From Christensenellales bacterium (lineage in GTDB: Bacteria > Bacillota > Clostridia > Christensenellales > UBA1750), in NCBI GenBank assembly GCA_050942895.1, contig JBMNOE010000004.1, positions 97,064 to 161,063 on the forward strand: a DNA stretch of 64,000 nucleotides, read 5' to 3'. The notes beneath the pieces were generated by a model, which saw only the letters and a program-made list of their open reading frames with translations, had not been told where the DNA came from and ran no database searches. Shown here one piece after another: positions 62,990 to 64,000 of this stretch; within the stretch, counting starts at the first letter, position 1, and every line of letters begins with the position of its first letter. Made by a program: the position numbers and the translations under genes.

Positions 62990-64000
62990 TCAAACATTTT
63001 TACGATACAATTTGGCGTTCGTAAAAGAAATGTAGGCAGATTTTAATATTGACGCAACAGGTACAGCCAAAAGCATGCCCCAAAGGCCGAAAAGACTGCC
63101 GCCCAAAAGCATCAGCAAAATGACAACCGCCGGATGGAAGCCTGAAACGCCGGAGAGCATTCTTGGGGTGATAAGGACGGACTCAATCTGCTGGACAGCA
63201 AAGACCACCACCATTGCCCAAAGGAGCTTTGCAGGCCCCTGTATCACGGAGAAAAGCGCTATGGGTATGGCCCCCAGCAGCGGCCCAAAGTAGGGTATCA
63301 GGTTAAAAAGGCCCATGATAAGCCCCAGGAAAAGGAAGGCGTCTATGCCTGCCAGAGCAAGGCCGATGGCGGTAAGTGCTGCCGTGATCAGAGAAATCAT
63401 CATCTGCTTTTTGATATAATCCAGCAGGAATTTGCCGACGTCCATAAAAAACTTCACTATGGCGCTTCTGTTTTTAGATGGAATAAGCCTCTTGGCAAAG
63501 TCAGCCATCTTTTCCCTGTCCTTCAGCATGTAAAAGGCAATAATCGGTGAAAGAAAATATTTGCCTGCGCTTGAAAGTGAGGCAAACATGCCGTTGACAA
63601 AGTTCTGTGCTCCTTCGGTCATTTTGGCAAGCATTTCATCGCCCGCGCTTTCAAGGTTGCCCACAGGCAAGTTCATCTCGCCCATCCTTTGCACAAAGCG
63701 GTCAACGATGCCGGTGGCATAGTCGAAAAGCTCCGGCAGGCGTTTTGAGTAAAGCTCCGCCTGGGAGATTATGCTGGGCACAGAGGCCCACACCAGGATT
63801 CCCAAGGGCACCAGCAGCGAAAGTATGCAAAGAACCGCCGAAAGGGCGGGGCTAAATTTCTTTTCGTAGATTTTTTGCAGGGGAAGCAGCAGAAAAGCGA
63901 TGACAGCCGCCGGAAGGACTATCATGAATATATCGCGCAGAGCGTTTCGCGCAAGAAAAAGCATGGTCAGCGCAAAGAGAATTGCAAGCGCCTTCCATGC
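62990..64000 (-). CDS. AI-2E family transporter (PerM/YhhT-like), 5' end beyond window edge
   Basis: Polytopic; [23 protein letters not shown] ... [18 protein letters not shown] motif. The frame remains open upstream of the ATG at 63964 to the window end (...[12 protein letters not shown]). Confidence 0.85.
   Translation of the reverse strand, partial: AWKALAILFALTMLFLARNALRDIFMIVLPAAVIAFLLLPLQKIYEKKFSPALSAVLCILSLLVPLGILVWASVPSIISQAELYSKRLPELFDYATGIVDRFVQRMGEMNLPVGNLESAGDEMLAKMTEGAQNFVNGMFASLSSAGKYFLSPIIAFYMLKDREKMADFAKRLIPSKNRSAIVKFFMDVGKFLLDYIKKQMMISLITAALTAIGLALAGIDAFLFLGLIMGLFNLIPYFGPLLGAIPIALFSVIQGPAKLLWAMVVVFAVQQIESVLITPRMLSGVSGFHPAVVILLMLLGGSLFGLWGMLLAVPVASILKSAYISFTNAKLYRKNV

Noticed and set aside
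1-64000. Scan for CRISPR arrays, tRNA/rRNA genes, IS elements, integrases, prophage or classical defence/toxin genes
   Set aside because: I saw no regularly spaced direct repeats, no cloverleaf-like or rRNA-like segments, and none of the ORF translations shows transposase, recombinase, phage structural, restriction-modification or toxin-antitoxin signatures. A tRNAscan/Infernal run would be needed to exclude small RNAs formally.

Overview
This 64-kb chromosomal window looks, by gene content, like a Clostridia-class Firmicute. That is an inference from the NfnAB-type PyrK/GltD pair, the ireB-ruvX-DUF1292 cluster, rpsF-ssb-rpsR, a DUF421/YetF protein and ubiquitous AGGAGG Shine-Dalgarno sites. 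I support 53 CDSs (two truncated by the window edges), one candidate small ORF and four pseudogene remnants. I also call a set of sigma-A-type promoters and rho-independent terminators read directly from the sequence, and a 4-copy intergenic hairpin repeat family. I saw no rRNA, tRNA, CRISPR array, transposase, integrase or phage genes. Housekeeping genes include trpS, ilvE, obg, yhbY, rpsF-ssb-rpsR, metY, alr, ychF, ruvX, ireB, an EF-G2-like paralog and NfnAB. Accessory content includes a sensor-AraC/ABC-importer carbohydrate locus whose 679-aa enzyme I cannot assign, and PL22 and GH105 pectin-oligomer enzymes. It also includes a 1199-aa signal-less protein with LamG-like and CARDB-like ends, an ECF sigma/anti-sigma pair, and a PerR-catalase operon led by two membrane proteins. 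The remaining accessory content is an SPFH protein paired with a double Tim44-like/zinc-ribbon membrane protein, a heterodimeric ABC exporter and a ~2.4-kb stretch of decayed sugar-acid genes. No classical defence, toxin or mobile system is evident. The best candidates for something undescribed are the two unassigned large enzymes, the SPFH/Tim44-like pair, the metY leader (an upstream small ORF instead of an S-box or T-box) and the dispersed hairpin repeat. All family calls come from reading motifs in the translations; no database search was possible.
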